Source of the DNA: Alphaproteobacteria bacterium
Lineage (GTDB): Bacteria; Pseudomonadota; Alphaproteobacteria; GM7ARS4; G965262615
Direction: 5' to 3'
Length of the DNA stretch: 64,000 nt
Assembly: GCA_965262615.1 (NCBI GenBank)
Contig: OZ253545.1
Span: 1,115,113 to 1,179,112 of the forward strand
Shown here: in pieces, positions 1 through 10,825 of the stretch
Layout: each line of letters begins with the position of its first letter
Position numbering within the stretch: position 1 is the first letter of the stretch
Program-made: the position numbers and the translations under genes
Notes under the pieces: generated by a model
The model's database searches: none
The model's input: only the letters and a program-made list of their open reading frames with translations
What the model was told of the DNA's origin: nothing

Positions 1-877
1 GGAAGATGCTCTGACGCTGGAGCAGTTGGCGCAGCAGGAATCCGATGATGAGGTGTTGCGGGAGGTGGCGGAATCCTTGTTGCCGCTGCATGGCGAATTA
101 ATGCAGGCGCGGTTTTTGACCATGATGGAGGGCGAGGCTGACCATCGGGATTGTTTCGTTGAGATTCATGCGGGCTCCGGCGGCACAGAGGCACAAGACT
201 GGGCGGAGATGTTGCTGCGCATGTATATGCGCTGGGCGAATCGCCGTGATTTTGCCTGTGATTTCATTGAGAACAATGCCGGACAAGAAGCCGGCATCAA
301 ATCGGCAACCATTCGCATTGATGGTGAGTATGCCTATGGCTGGCTGAAGCGGGAGTCGGGGGTTCATCGCTTGGTGCGGCTCTCGCCGTTTGATTCCGCC
401 ATGCGCCGTCATACCAGTTTTGCCTCAATCAAATGCTATCCGGTGATTGATGACTCCATTGATATTGTCATTGAGGATAAAGATTTACGCATTGACACCT
501 ATCGCGCTTCGGGCGCGGGCGGACAGCATGTCAACAAAACCGACAGTGCGGTGCGGATTACCCATTTGCCCACATCGCTGGTGGTGCAGTGTCAAAATGA
601 TCGCTCGCAGCATCGCAACAAGGCGGCGGCGATGACCATGCTCAAAGCCAAACTGTTTGAGCTGGAACTGCAAAAGCGCGAATCAGAAAAACAAGCCGGC
701 AGACAGGCGGAAAAGGACATCTCGTGGGGCAATCAAATTCGCTCCTATGTGCTCCATCCCTATCGCATGATCAAAGACCTGAGAACTCACCACGAGAGCG
801 GCAACACCGATGCGGTATTAGGTGGCGAAATTGATGCCTTCCTGCAGGCATCTCTTACCGCCCAGCTGGAGTCATGA
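1..877 (+). CDS. prfB: Peptide chain release factor 2 (RF2), 5'-truncated at window edge
   Basis: Reading frame is open from nt 2. Contains the GGQ motif region ([24 protein letters not shown]) and an RF2-type C-terminal domain. The N-terminal part, including any programmed frameshift site, lies outside the window. Confidence 0.9.
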   Translation, partial: EDALTLEQLAQQESDDEVLREVAESLLPLHGELMQARFLTMMEGEADHRDCFVEIHAGSGGTEAQDWAEMLLRMYMRWANRRDFACDFIENNAGQEAGIKSATIRIDGEYAYGWLKRESGVHRLVRLSPFDSAMRRHTSFASIKCYPVIDDSIDIVIEDKDLRIDTYRASGAGGQHVNKTDSAVRITHLPTSLVVQCQNDRSQHRNKAAAMTMLKAKLFELELQKRESEKQAGRQAEKDISWGNQIRSYVLHPYRMIKDLRTHHESGNTDAVLGGEIDAFLQASLTAQLES

Positions 878-2203
878 GGATAAATTGATTTCATTCAAAA
901 CTTTTTGAGCTTCGGCATAACCTTGTTTGGCAGATTCCTTTAGCCATTTCAACGCTTCTTTAACATCCTGCGTTACACCCTCGCCTTTGAAATACACTCC
1001 ACCCAGAAGATATTGAGCTTTGGCAAGACCTTGTTCAGCAGCTTTTTTGTACCAATTGAACGCCTCTTTTTGATCCTGTGCTACACCCTCGCCATCGAAA
1101 TAAATCACACCTAGATTATACTGGGCTTCATCCAATCCTTGTTCAGCAGCTTTTTTAATCCACTTGACTGCTTCTTTTTGATTATGCGTCACAGCCTCGC
1201 CTTTGTGATACATCACACCTAGATTATATTGTGCTTCGGCATGACCTTGCCCAGCAGCTTTTTCAAACCACTTAACTGCTTCTTTTATATCCTGTGTCAC
1301 ACCCTCGCCATTGAAATAAGCCAAGCCTAGATTACATTGGGCTGGAACATGACCTTGCTGGACAGCTTTTTTATACCAATTGACTGCTTGGGTTGTATCT
1401 TTCGTAATACCATCGCCTTCATGATAAACCACACCAAGATTGTATTGGGCTTCGACAATACCTTGTTCAGCAGCTTTTTTGTACCAATTGAACGCTTGGG
1501 CTTTATCCTGTGCCACACCCTTGCCATTGGTATAAAACACCCCTAGATTATATTGTGCTTCGGCAAGACCTTGTTCAGCAGCTTTTTCAAACCACTTGAT
1601 TGCTTTTGTTTGATCTTGCGTCACACCATCGCCATTGGCATAAAACACCCCTAGATTACATTGGGACTCGGCATGACCTTGTTCAGCAGCTTTTTTGTAC
1701 CATTTCGCCGCTTTTTTATAATCTTGCGTCACTCCTTCACCCTTGGCATACATGATACCAAGATTGCATTGGGCTTTGGCATAACCTCGTTGGGCAGCTT
1801 TTTCAAACCATTTGGCAGCTTCGTTGTAATTCTTAATAGAAACACATTCTAAACCGTAGTTGAAATACCCCTGTGGAGAGCCAAAAAACAAACCCTCTAT
1901 AAATAAAACCAAATTTTTAATGCCAGTAGGAATGTCAGCATCTATGTTATTTGTCATTAGTTGCAACAGTTTAATAATTTTGTGGGGAAATCTAGCAATG
2001 CCAAAGAGGACAATCGCAAAGATTCCCAATTCTACTAACAATTCTTCCAGCTTATTCACTATTAAGCCAAAAGCGAAAAGCAATACACAGATGCCAACTG
2101 CCCCTACACAGAGACAAAGTAACATCGCAAGGGCTTTCTTCCAATTGCGAGGCGCGTACTCTTTGATGAATTCTAATATGATTTTCAAATTAGAATCAGC
2201 CAT
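872..2203 (-). CDS. Sel1-like repeat (SLR) protein with N-terminal membrane domain (two predicted TM helices, FFGSPxGYFxYGxEC motif) and about 9 Sel1 repeats
   Basis: Repeated ~36-aa units AxAQxNLGxMYxxGxGVxQDxxKAxxWxxKAAEQG are typical of Sel1/TPR-like repeats. The N-terminal architecture is shared with ORF 3511..4620. Confidence 0.85.
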   Translation of the reverse strand: MADSNLKIILEFIKEYAPRNWKKALAMLLCLCVGAVGICVLLFAFGLIVNKLEELLVELGIFAIVLFGIARFPHKIIKLLQLMTNNIDADIPTGIKNLVLFIEGLFFGSPQGYFNYGLECVSIKNYNEAAKWFEKAAQRGYAKAQCNLGIMYAKGEGVTQDYKKAAKWYKKAAEQGHAESQCNLGVFYANGDGVTQDQTKAIKWFEKAAEQGLAEAQYNLGVFYTNGKGVAQDKAQAFNWYKKAAEQGIVEAQYNLGVVYHEGDGITKDTTQAVNWYKKAVQQGHVPAQCNLGLAYFNGEGVTQDIKEAVKWFEKAAGQGHAEAQYNLGVMYHKGEAVTHNQKEAVKWIKKAAEQGLDEAQYNLGVIYFDGEGVAQDQKEAFNWYKKAAEQGLAKAQYLLGGVYFKGEGVTQDVKEALKWLKESAKQGYAEAQKVLNEINLSS

Positions 2204-2295
2204 GCACTGGACATACCATACTTGCCCCCCCTCCGTCCATGTTTTTCACAACACTGAGGCGATTAGGCGGCGACATTGACGAATTCCTGCAAGCA

Positions 2296-3495
2296 TCACT
2301 CACTGAGCAGCTGAAGTAAAGCTTCTTGGGCTGGAGCAAGTCCTTGCTCGGCAGCTTTTTGATACAATTCCATGGCTTTTTTCTTATTCTTTTCTAATCC
2401 CCCATAACCATCTTCATACATGAGACCAAGATTGAATTGTGCTTGGGCATACCCTTGATTGGCAGCTTGTTGCCACCAAAACACCGCTTTTTTTATATTC
2501 TCCTTCAATCCCCCCTCACCTTTGCCATACATCAGACCAAGAGAGGTTTGGGCTGAGGCAAATCCTTGCTCGGCAGCTTGTTGCCACCATTCCACCGCTT
2601 TTTTCTTATTCACCTTCACCCCCAGCCCGTTGTAATACATTATACCAAGATTGTTTTGGGCTTGGGTATACTCTTGTTGGGCAGATTTTTGATACAATTT
2701 CAACGCTTCTTCCATATCCCGCTTCAATCCCCCTTCGCCGTTTTGATACATCACACCAAGGTTGTTTTGGGCTGGAGCAAATCCTTGGTCGGCAGATTTT
2801 TGATACAATTCCAACGCTTTTTCATCATCTTGCGTCACCCCATAACCGTTGGAATACATCACACCAAGATTGTATTGAGCTTCGGCATGTTTTTGTTGGG
2901 CAGCTTTTTGATACCATTGCACCGCCTTTTCATAATCCTGCGTCACTCCATAACCGTTGGCATACATCACACCAAGATTGGATTGGGCTTCGGTATTCTC
3001 TTGCTCGGCAGCTTTTTGATACCAATACACCGCTTTTTCATAATCCTGCGTGACACCTATGCCATTTTCATACATCACACCAAGATTGTATTGAGCTTCG
3101 GCATGTTTTTGTTGGGCAGCTTTTTGATACCATTGCACCGCCTTTTCATCATCCTGTGTCACTCCCCAACCATTGTCATACATCACACCAAGATTGTTTT
3201 GGGAATCGGCATGACCTTGTTCAGCAGATTTTTGCCACCATTGCACCGCCTCTTCATCATCCTGCGTCACCCCATCACCGTTGAGATACATCCAACCAAG
3301 CTCTGCTTGAGATTCGGCATCCCCTTGTTTGGCAGATTGCAATATCTCATAGTGGGAGTCTGATAAGGCATCATTCGCCGCGCTCAAGGAAAAACATGTC
3401 ATGACAATGGCGAACAAAAACGCCGTGCGACTCACACGCCCCGCCGAGATATTTGCTTTATGCCAATTCATCCAATCACTATATCCCTCGTCCAT
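2296..3495 (-). CDS. Secreted Sel1-like repeat protein (signal peptide plus about 9 Sel1 repeats)
   Basis: Sel1 consensus repeats. N-terminus MDEGYSDWMNWHKANISAGRVSRTAFLFAIV; the true start is probably the internal ATG at 3471 (MNWHK), because the upstream codons coincide with a TTGCAA-N17-TATAGT promoter. Confidence 0.85.
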   Translation of the reverse strand: MDEGYSDWMNWHKANISAGRVSRTAFLFAIVMTCFSLSAANDALSDSHYEILQSAKQGDAESQAELGWMYLNGDGVTQDDEEAVQWWQKSAEQGHADSQNNLGVMYDNGWGVTQDDEKAVQWYQKAAQQKHAEAQYNLGVMYENGIGVTQDYEKAVYWYQKAAEQENTEAQSNLGVMYANGYGVTQDYEKAVQWYQKAAQQKHAEAQYNLGVMYSNGYGVTQDDEKALELYQKSADQGFAPAQNNLGVMYQNGEGGLKRDMEEALKLYQKSAQQEYTQAQNNLGIMYYNGLGVKVNKKKAVEWWQQAAEQGFASAQTSLGLMYGKGEGGLKENIKKAVFWWQQAANQGYAQAQFNLGLMYEDGYGGLEKNKKKAMELYQKAAEQGLAPAQEALLQLLSE

Positions 3496-3506
3496 GTTTT
3501 TGCAAC
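3472..3506 (-). promoter_or_regulatory. Sigma70-like promoter (TTGCAA-N17-TATAGT) ending 6 nt before the ATG at 3471; predicted leaderless transcript
   Basis: Read directly from the sequence. The same TTGCAA/TTGTGA-N16-17-TATAGT/TATAAT/TATGGT-N6-ATG arrangement recurs at 5676..5709, 7055..7088, 13078..13110 and 13675..13707. Confidence 0.5.
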
Positions 3507-3510
3507 ACTG

Positions 3511-4620
3511 TCATAATCTTTCTTTGATTTTATTCAAGGCTTCTTGAGCATCGCCATGACCTTGCTCGGCGGCTTGTTGCCACCATTCCATCGCTTTTTC
3601 CGTGTCTTGCGGGACACCCTCGCCAGTGAAATAAATGATGCCCAGATAGAACTGAGATTGGGTAAAACCTTGCTGGGCGGCTTTGGTAATCCATTGTGCC
3701 GCCTGCCGATCATTTGCTTCCACACCGTAGCCATCGTAATAAGCCACGCCCAGATTATGCTGAGCGAAAACAAAACCCTGTCCAGCCGCTTTTTTGAACC
3801 ATTTCACGGCTTGTGTTTGATCCCTCGTAATGCCATCACCATTGGCATACGCCATACCGAGATTATGCTGGGCGAGAACAAAACCCTGTCCAGCCGCTTT
3901 TTTATACCACCTGACGGCTTCTTTTTGATTCTGCGCGATGCCATCACCATTGGCATACGCCACAGCGAGATTGTGTCGGGCGAGAACAAAGCCTTTGTGG
4001 GCGGCTTTTGTGTACCATTTGACGGCTTCTTCTTGATCCTTCGTAATCCCATCACCGTTGGCATACGCCACGCCGAGATTGTATTGAGCAGCGCCAAGAT
4101 TTTGCTCCGCCGCTTTTGTGTACCACTTGACGGCTTGTGTTTGATCCTTCATAATCCCATAGCCATTGTGATAAGCCACACCCAGATTGAATTGGGCTTG
4201 GGCAAGACCTTGTTCAGCAGCTTTTTGAAACCATTTGCCAGCTTCGGTGTCATTCTGGCTCAAAAGACATTCCACACCGTATTGAAAATACCCGCGCGGC
4301 GAGCCGAAAAACAAACCCTCCACGAAGAAAAGCGATTTTTTAATGGAAGTTGCCATGTCATCATGTGACATCGGCGGCAATGATTGAATCATGGCGGGGG
4401 AAAACGCGGCAACGAGAAAGAGACAATTCAACAACAATCCCAAGACTTCTGGCAGTCTTCCCAGCCCATCCGTTGCCGCCATAAGGAGCAGAACAGGAAA
4501 ATTGCAACAAATAAGTCTTGCAAGAGCCTCCGACAAATCGCGAGGCAGTTGTTCTTTGATGAATTCTAATGTGATTTTGGTATCAGAAGCAATCATGCGC
4601 CGGACATACCACGACTGCAC
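3511..4620 (-). CDS. Sel1-like repeat protein with N-terminal membrane domain (paralog of 872..2203)
   Basis: Sel1 repeats plus the shared motif [23 protein letters not shown]. Likely start is MIASDTKITLEF (ATG at about 4596), preceded by the conserved sequence GGTATGTCCGGCGC-ATG. Confidence 0.85.
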   Translation of the reverse strand: MQSWYVRRMIASDTKITLEFIKEQLPRDLSEALARLICCNFPVLLLMAATDGLGRLPEVLGLLLNCLFLVAAFSPAMIQSLPPMSHDDMATSIKKSLFFVEGLFFGSPRGYFQYGVECLLSQNDTEAGKWFQKAAEQGLAQAQFNLGVAYHNGYGIMKDQTQAVKWYTKAAEQNLGAAQYNLGVAYANGDGITKDQEEAVKWYTKAAHKGFVLARHNLAVAYANGDGIAQNQKEAVRWYKKAAGQGFVLAQHNLGMAYANGDGITRDQTQAVKWFKKAAGQGFVFAQHNLGVAYYDGYGVEANDRQAAQWITKAAQQGFTQSQFYLGIIYFTGEGVPQDTEKAMEWWQQAAEQGHGDAQEALNKIKERL

Positions 4621-4711
4621 TTTTCAATCAATATTTTGACAACACCAAGAGGCGGTATTAGGTGGCGACATTGACAAATTTTTGCAGGCATCTTTGACTG
4701 CCCAATTGGAG

Positions 4712-5675
4712 TCATGATGATTTTTTAACTACACTCAAGGCTCTTCGAGCTGGGACATAACCTTGTTCATCAGCTTTTTCAAGCCACTTGACACCTTCTT
4801 TTTGATCCTGCGTCACACCCTCGCCTTTACCATAAGCCACACCTAGATTATATTGAGCTGGGGCATCACCTTGTTCGGCGGCTTTTCGCCACCACCGCAC
4901 CGCCTCCTCTTTATCCTTATCCACACCGTTGCCATTAAGATAAGCCAAGCCAAGATTGTATTGAGCTTTGGCATAATTTTGTTTGACAGCTTCTTTGTAC
5001 CATCGCACTGCTTTCTCTTCATCCTTACCCACACCATTGCCATTTTCATACATCACGCCAAGATTATATTGAGCTTGAACAATTCCTTGTTGGGCAGCTT
5101 CTTGCCACCACCGCACGGCTTCTGTTTGATTCTGCGTCACACCCTCGCCATTGAAATACATCACACCGAGATTATATTGTGCTTCGGCATGACCCTTCTG
5201 GGCTGCGCTTTTGAAGTGCTGCAACGCTTTTACCTTATTTGGCTTCATCACTATCACCACTGTAATACCTCATACCAAGCCTGAATGCTTCTTCGGCTTC
5301 GTATTTATTTTTCTTGTCTCGCATGAATAAAAGCTCGCCAAGAATTGGAATTCCGATGACTAAAACAATACTAATTGCAAAACCTGACAAAAGAACGAGC
5401 AGAACAACAAACCCCCAAAAAATGAAGGATGCATCCATATGTGCCACCAGCCAGTTTTCTTGCAAACTTGACAGAGCATCCGCCAATGCACTAATAGCTA
5501 GGGATGAAAAATAAACAATGGGAAGAAAGAATACCGCAAGCCAAAAAAAGTTATGCCAATACCTTGGCAGGTTCTTCATGAAGGCTGAAACTTCAGATTC
5601 TCTAAGGTCACCTATTACTTGATGCTCTGGACGCACAGAGGCTACAAAACCGCTAGTATTTTCATTCTCACCCAT
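4712..5675 (-). pseudogene. Sel1-like repeat gene split by a single-base frameshift (membrane N-terminal ORF 5235..5675 plus Sel1 C-terminal ORF 4712..5260)
   Basis: The two ORFs overlap by 26 nt in different frames. Removing one A from the homopolymer run in CCAAATAAGG near 5240 restores a continuous Sel1 repeat (GDSDEANKVKALQHFKSAAQKG). A perfect TTGCAA-N16-TATAAT promoter lies at 5682..5709. Confidence 0.6.
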
Positions 5676-5770
5676 CCTCCTATTATATCCCCGTCCATAT
5701 TTTTTGCAACACTTTGCGGGGATTCATCACAAGGGGTGGAGCTGGCGAGGGCGCAATTGATGCCTTGGCA

Positions 5771-7078
5771 TCACTCACTGTACAGTTGAAGTAAAGCCTC
5801 TCGGGCATCGGCATGACCTTGCTCAGCAGCTTTTTGCCACCATTTCACCACTTTTTCATAATTTCGCGCCACCCCCTCACCGTTGGCATACATCTCACCA
5901 AGATTGAATTGGGCTTCAGCATTCCCTTGTTTGGCAGCTTTTTGATACCACTGCACCGCTTTTTTCTGATCCTGCGTTACCCCCTCACCTTCGTCATACA
6001 TCATACCAAGATATAATTGTGCTAGGGCATAACCTTGTTTGGCAGCTTTTTGCCACCATTCTATCGCTTTTTCCATATTCTGCCTCAATCCCCCCTCACC
6101 ATCGGCATACATGACAGCAAGCATGAATTGGGCTTTGGCGACACCTTGTTGGGCAGCTTGTTGTAACCAGAACACCGCTTTTCCCTTATCCTGTGCCACC
6201 TCCTCACCGTTCACATACATGACACCAAGAGCTGTTTGAGCTAGGGCATCACCTTGTTGGGCAGCTTTTTGCCACCATTCTATCGCTTTTTCCTTATCCT
6301 GCCTCAATCCCCCCTGCCCTTTGCCGTACATGAGACCAAAATTATATTGGGCTTCAGCATTCCCTTGTTCAGCAGCTTTTTGCCACAATTCCACCGCTTT
6401 TTCATAATCTTGCGTCACTCCCTTACCGCCATGATACATCAAGCCAAGATTAAATTGAGCATCAGCATAATCTTGTTGGGCAGCTTTTGTGTACCACTTG
6501 ACCGCTTCTTTTTTATCCTGCGTCACACCATAGCCATTGGCATAAGCCACACCAAGATTATATTGAGCTGGAGCATCACCTTGCTCAGCTGCTTTTTGAT
6601 ACCATTGCACCGCTTTTTCATAATTTTGCGTCACCCCCTTACCGGACTCATACATGACACCAAGACCGAATTGGGCTTCGGCAATACCTTGCTCGGCAGC
6701 TTTTAGCCACCATTCCGCCGCTTTTTCATAATTCTGAGTCACCCCATAACCATTGGCATACATGACACCAAGAGAAAATTGGGCTTGAACAATATCTTGT
6801 TGGGCAGCTTTTTGATACCAGAACATCGCTTTTTCATAATCCTGCGTCACCCCCTCACCGTTGAAATACATAAAGCCAAGATTGTGTTGGGCTTCGGCAT
6901 CCCCTTGTTTGGCAGATTGCAATATCTCATATTGCTCATCTGATAACGCTACCGCCACTGAGCTCAAGGCAGGGAATGTAATAAAGACAGTGACAAGCAA
7001 GAACGCCGCGCGACTCACACGCCGCGCCGATATCTTTGTTTCGTTCCAATTCATCCAATCACTATACCCCTCGCCCAT
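5771..7078 (-). CDS. Secreted Sel1-like repeat protein (about 10 repeats)
   Basis: Sel1 consensus repeats and the MGEGYSDWMNWNETKISARRVSRAAFLL N-terminus. Probable true start at 7054 (MNWNE), downstream of the TTGCAA(7083-7088)-N16-TATAGT(7061-7066) promoter. Confidence 0.85.
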   Translation of the reverse strand: MGEGYSDWMNWNETKISARRVSRAAFLLVTVFITFPALSSVAVALSDEQYEILQSAKQGDAEAQHNLGFMYFNGEGVTQDYEKAMFWYQKAAQQDIVQAQFSLGVMYANGYGVTQNYEKAAEWWLKAAEQGIAEAQFGLGVMYESGKGVTQNYEKAVQWYQKAAEQGDAPAQYNLGVAYANGYGVTQDKKEAVKWYTKAAQQDYADAQFNLGLMYHGGKGVTQDYEKAVELWQKAAEQGNAEAQYNFGLMYGKGQGGLRQDKEKAIEWWQKAAQQGDALAQTALGVMYVNGEEVAQDKGKAVFWLQQAAQQGVAKAQFMLAVMYADGEGGLRQNMEKAIEWWQKAAKQGYALAQLYLGMMYDEGEGVTQDQKKAVQWYQKAAKQGNAEAQFNLGEMYANGEGVARNYEKVVKWWQKAAEQGHADAREALLQLYSE

Positions 7079-7116
7079 CTTTTTGCAACACTTAGCGACA
7101 CTGTGTCACCAATGGT

Positions 7117-7736
7117 GCATGAAACATTTGACCCTTTGTCTTTTATCTTCGTTTTTTCTATCGTCTGTGGCATTGGCGGAGTCCTCGTCGCCGTTTGATG
7201 CCATGGGGGTGCGTGATGTGATGGCATCGGCGCGGGCTGGCGACAAAGAGGCGCAACATGCCCTCGCCATGCGCTATTATCACGGACGCGGCATCAAGCA
7301 GAATCTGGAAAAGGCCTATGAGTGGCACACCAAAGCCGCCATGCAAGATCACAGCGAGTCGCTGAACGAATTGGGATGGATGCACCTCAACGGTGAGTTC
7401 GTGCCGCAAGACGAAGACATCGCCATCGCCTTTTATGAGCGTTCGGCGGCGTTGGGCAATCCTCATGGGTGTGCGCATCTGGCGGAGATTTTTGCCATGC
7501 GCGGCGACTTCATGAACGCCACCATGCACCTGATGATGGCCAGCGACCCCACCGCAAGCCGCTATGTCATGAGCATGGGACACGCCGACCCAGAACTCCT
7601 CAAAATGCAAATCATGGATGAACTCACCCCCGAGCAGCTCATCACCGCTCGCCACAACGCCATGACATGGCAGCATCAACGGCGCGACACCATGAACAAT
7701 CAATCGCCCCTGCCCTTTGCGGTGAGCTTTCAATAA
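7117..7736 (+). CDS. Divergent Sel1-like repeat lipoprotein/secreted protein
   Basis: Signal peptide MKHLTLCLLSSFFLSSVALA, then degenerate Sel1 repeats (DKEAQHALAMRYYHGRGIKQNLEKAYEWHTKAA...). Start chosen at the first ATG with a signal peptide; the ORF-track start at 6861 overlaps the converging Sel1 gene. Confidence 0.6.
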
Positions 7737-7875
7737 ATTATCGCTCATTCGCCCCGCTCCCCTTCACCGGGGGGCGAGGCGCGCGGCTTGTTTTGATGAT
7801 CGCTCACATGAATTGCCACACAGAGCGTGGCGCGCGAGGCATTGTTTTAATGATCACTTTTTGCTACAGTCCTTC

Positions 7876-9022
7876 TATGGATGGTCAGACACATGTCTCA
7901 CTGCGTCAAAAAATTGACCACATCCGCACGATCCTGTCGCAAGAATATCAAAGAAAACACAAAGTCCCCTGGATTATCGCCTATTCGGGCGGTAAAGACA
8001 GCACATTTCTTTTGCATCTTGTCATGGAGTGCCTGCACAATGTGCCTGAAGAAAAGCGGGTGCGTCCTGTTTATGTTGTGTCCAATGATACCCTTGTGGA
8101 AAGTCCGCTTGTGAGTGAGCATTTACACAAAAGCATGAAGAAAATCAAATCATCGGCAAAAAAGCTTAATCTGCCCATCACCGCCACAATCACAGAGCCA
8201 GCACATTCCGATTCCTTTTGGGTGCAAGTCATTGGCAAAGGATACCCAACGCCCAATCGTATGTTTCGCTGGTGCACCGACCGTCTTAAAATCAAGCCCT
8301 CAACGGAATTCATCAAAAAGCAAGTGAGCCAAAGCGGCAATGTGATTTTACTCATGGGGACACGCAAATCAGAAAGTGCCTCAAGAGCCGCATCCATCAA
8401 TCGCCACAAACGCAAAGGCAACAGCATTTACAGTGACCACAATTCGCTGGAGCATTGCAAGGTCTTGTCCCCCATCGTGGATTTTGAGGATGATGAACTA
8501 TGGACATTTCTTTTGCAATCCAAGCCCCCCTGGGGAGGCAGCTATCGCAATTTGATTACATTGTATCGCAATGCGCGCGGCGGCGAATGCCCCACCGTCT
8601 TGAGCAAAACCGAAGCCCCAGGGTGCGGTTCGGCATCGCCGCGTTTTGGCTGTTGGGTCTGCACCGTGGTGGAAAAGGATAGCAGTCTTGAAGGATTGGT
8701 GGATTCGGGCTTTGAGCAGTTTGAGGCATTGGTGGATTTTCGCTTATGGCTACTGGAAATAAGAAGTGACCCCACATATCGCCTCGCCATTGACCGCAGA
8801 GGCAAAATCCGCACGAGAAAAGACGGCACAATCATGCCAAGAGCCTTTACAATTAAGGCGCGTGAGAAAATTTTGCAAAAACTATTGGAACTGCAAGAAG
8901 AAATGGCGATGAAATTAATTACGCCCCAAGAGATTGAAACAATTCGCGAAATATGGCAAAAAGACAAAGTGATGTTGAACAAGTCACCACACAAAAACAC
9001 ACGCCCCGTGTGTGTCATCTAA
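7876..9022 (+). CDS. PAPS-reductase superfamily protein, DndC/SspD-like (PP-loop ATP pyrophosphatase with C-terminal cysteine cluster)
   Basis: PP-loop motif IAYSGGKDST, followed by a Cys-rich segment GGECPTV...PGCGS...FGCWVC typical of DndC-type DNA sulfur-modification proteins. AT-richer than surrounding genes. Start chosen at MDGQTHV (7876) to avoid overlap with the upstream gene. Confidence 0.6.
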
Positions 9023-9040
9023 TCAGTCGGAGTATTCCAA

Positions 9041-10825
9041 ATGACGACAGAAAATGACGACTTGACAATCAGAGAAATGCCTGTTGGGGAAATTCTCGGA
9101 GGAAAATTTCTCGTTCCAGAATATCAGCGCGGCTATCGTTGGAGTAGAGACGAGGTTATAGAACTTCTTGAAGACATTCAAGATGCCCTCAATGATGGCG
9201 ATGACTACTATTTCATTGGCTCTTTCAATTTGATTAACGATAATCCAAACAAACCTTTTGAGGTTGTTGATGGGCAACAAAGATTGACAACAATTTCATT
9301 AATCGCAAGAGAAGCGCGCTTTTTGTTGCAAAAAGAGACTTCTAATTTGGGAGAAGAAGGGGTGGTTCATCTTATGTCAGCCCTTCTTAAAATTTCAGAC
9401 GAGGTTGTTCACTTTGATCGAAAAAGTGAACGAGAAGGATTTGAAAAACTTATGAAAGGCGACGCTACGAGCCACGACCAAATGTCAGTTGCTTCGAAAG
9501 AAGTAAAAGAATTTATAAAAAGAAAAAAAGAAGAGACCTCTCATGTAGGAAATACCGATGAGCTTGTTAGGTATATGAATTACCTTCTCAACAATGTGAA
9601 GGTAGTTTTTATCGTTGTTAAAGATGAAAAGATTGCATACAAAATTTTTGAAGCTCTTAATCTTCGGGGCAAACCTCTTGGCACGATAGATTCAATAAGA
9701 ATTTTTGTGTTCCGAAATATCAACAGGGAAAAATTTGAGTACTGCTTCAAATTGTGGGAAGACTTGGAGAATACCATGAGAATGACCCACAAAAGAGTTG
9801 ATGACCTTATGACTCAAATGTTTAATACATTCTTTGAGTGTCATAGAGGCATTAGAATTGAGGAAAATCACTTGTTCTCTAAAGTGGAGAATTCCTTTAA
9901 GCAGGAAGCACAAGATGAAAAAGAAAAAGAAAAAGAAAGCCAGAAAATATATCTGGATTTTTTTGAGAAAATCGTATCTATAGATGGTGGTAGCAAGAAA
10001 AATTTTCCTAACTATTACTTGGCTTCTGTTAAGCATGACCATGACCTGTGGAAAAAATTGGATGTGCCGATTTTTTTCAGAGAAGCTTTGTGCGGAACTA
10101 AAATATGGGATGGAAATAAAATATGCAGAGCTCCCATTGCTGCTATGTTTCATGCGTTAAATATGCCAAAACCTCGCATTACAACAGAACAAGCTAACAA
10201 TATTATGCATGACATGTACAGCTTAATTTCTCGCCTTGAAGCGTTGGGAATTCTTCGCGGGCAAAATGTATCAAAATGCAATTCTCGGCTAGCTGCTTTT
10301 GCTAAAAAACTCATCTATACAGAAGAAAATTTTGAGACAATCGCTCAAGAACTTTTTCAAGGCATCCATGACCAAGTTGATGGGGTCATGTCTGATAAAG
10401 ATTTTAGAGTTGAAATGACGGCTAATAAAAAAGTCAGAAGAGACAAAGCAAAAAGATTATTGCGGGATATTGAATTTGCCCGTAACAAGCAACTTGCCAA
10501 TGTGGGTAAAGAAATTCACATTGAACACATTTTGCCTCAAAATCCAAATGAAAAAGATTGGAAAGATTTTTCAGTGGAAGATAGGGATTACCACACAAAT
10601 CGCATTGGTAATTTTGCTTTGTTATTGGATGTTGATAATCAAAGAATCGGCAATAAGCCTTTTGCTGATAAAGTGCTTGTATACGCCGAAAACACGATAA
10701 CAACAACGAATGAATTAGCCAAAAACACAGATTGGACAAAAGATGATATTGATGAACGCAGTAAGCGGCTGGCAAAAGAGATTGCTGGTGTATGGAATTT
10801 CCATTACTACAACCCCTCACCCTGA
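9041..10825 (+). CDS. DUF262 (ParB-like NTPase) plus DUF1524 (HNH/His-Me nuclease) protein, GmrSD/SspE-like modification-dependent restriction enzyme candidate
   Basis: N-terminal DUF262 signature (YQRGYRW...FIGSF...VVDGQQRLTT) and C-terminal DUF1524-like HxxH...N motif (IHIEHILPQNP...NRIGNFALL). Markedly AT-rich, with poly-A/T tracts. Confidence 0.65.
   Translation: MTTENDDLTIREMPVGEILGGKFLVPEYQRGYRWSRDEVIELLEDIQDALNDGDDYYFIGSFNLINDNPNKPFEVVDGQQRLTTISLIAREARFLLQKETSNLGEEGVVHLMSALLKISDEVVHFDRKSEREGFEKLMKGDATSHDQMSVASKEVKEFIKRKKEETSHVGNTDELVRYMNYLLNNVKVVFIVVKDEKIAYKIFEALNLRGKPLGTIDSIRIFVFRNINREKFEYCFKLWEDLENTMRMTHKRVDDLMTQMFNTFFECHRGIRIEENHLFSKVENSFKQEAQDEKEKEKESQKIYLDFFEKIVSIDGGSKKNFPNYYLASVKHDHDLWKKLDVPIFFREALCGTKIWDGNKICRAPIAAMFHALNMPKPRITTEQANNIMHDMYSLISRLEALGILRGQNVSKCNSRLAAFAKKLIYTEENFETIAQELFQGIHDQVDGVMSDKDFRVEMTANKKVRRDKAKRLLRDIEFARNKQLANVGKEIHIEHILPQNPNEKDWKDFSVEDRDYHTNRIGNFALLLDVDNQRIGNKPFADKVLVYAENTITTTNELAKNTDWTKDDIDERSKRLAKEIAGVWNFHYYNPSP

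Noticed and set aside
1-877. RF2 programmed +1 frameshift site
   Set aside because: The frameshift site lies in the 5' part of prfB, which is outside the window, so it cannot be assessed.
2566-3363. Long antisense ORFs inside Sel1 genes, rich in FLIPFHRFFIIL-type sequence: 2439..3053, 2566..3363, 3544..4368, 12130..12939, 15577..16395, 20497..21594, 36846..37601, 40254..40766
   Set aside because: They are the reverse-complement or alternate frames of the highly repetitive, codon-biased Sel1 coding sequence. The Sel1 frame has the recognisable domain family, signal peptides and promoters. The mirror ORFs are artefacts of the repeat periodicity.
7158-7748. 196-aa minus-strand ORF
   Set aside because: It fully overlaps the plus-strand Sel1-like gene 7117..7736, which has a signal peptide and repeats. 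It has no recognisable features and is GC-rich alternate-frame noise.
9692-10153. 153-aa minus-strand ORF within the DUF262-DUF1524 gene
   Set aside because: AT-rich antisense frame with poly-F/K low complexity. The sense frame has clear DUF262/DUF1524 motifs.
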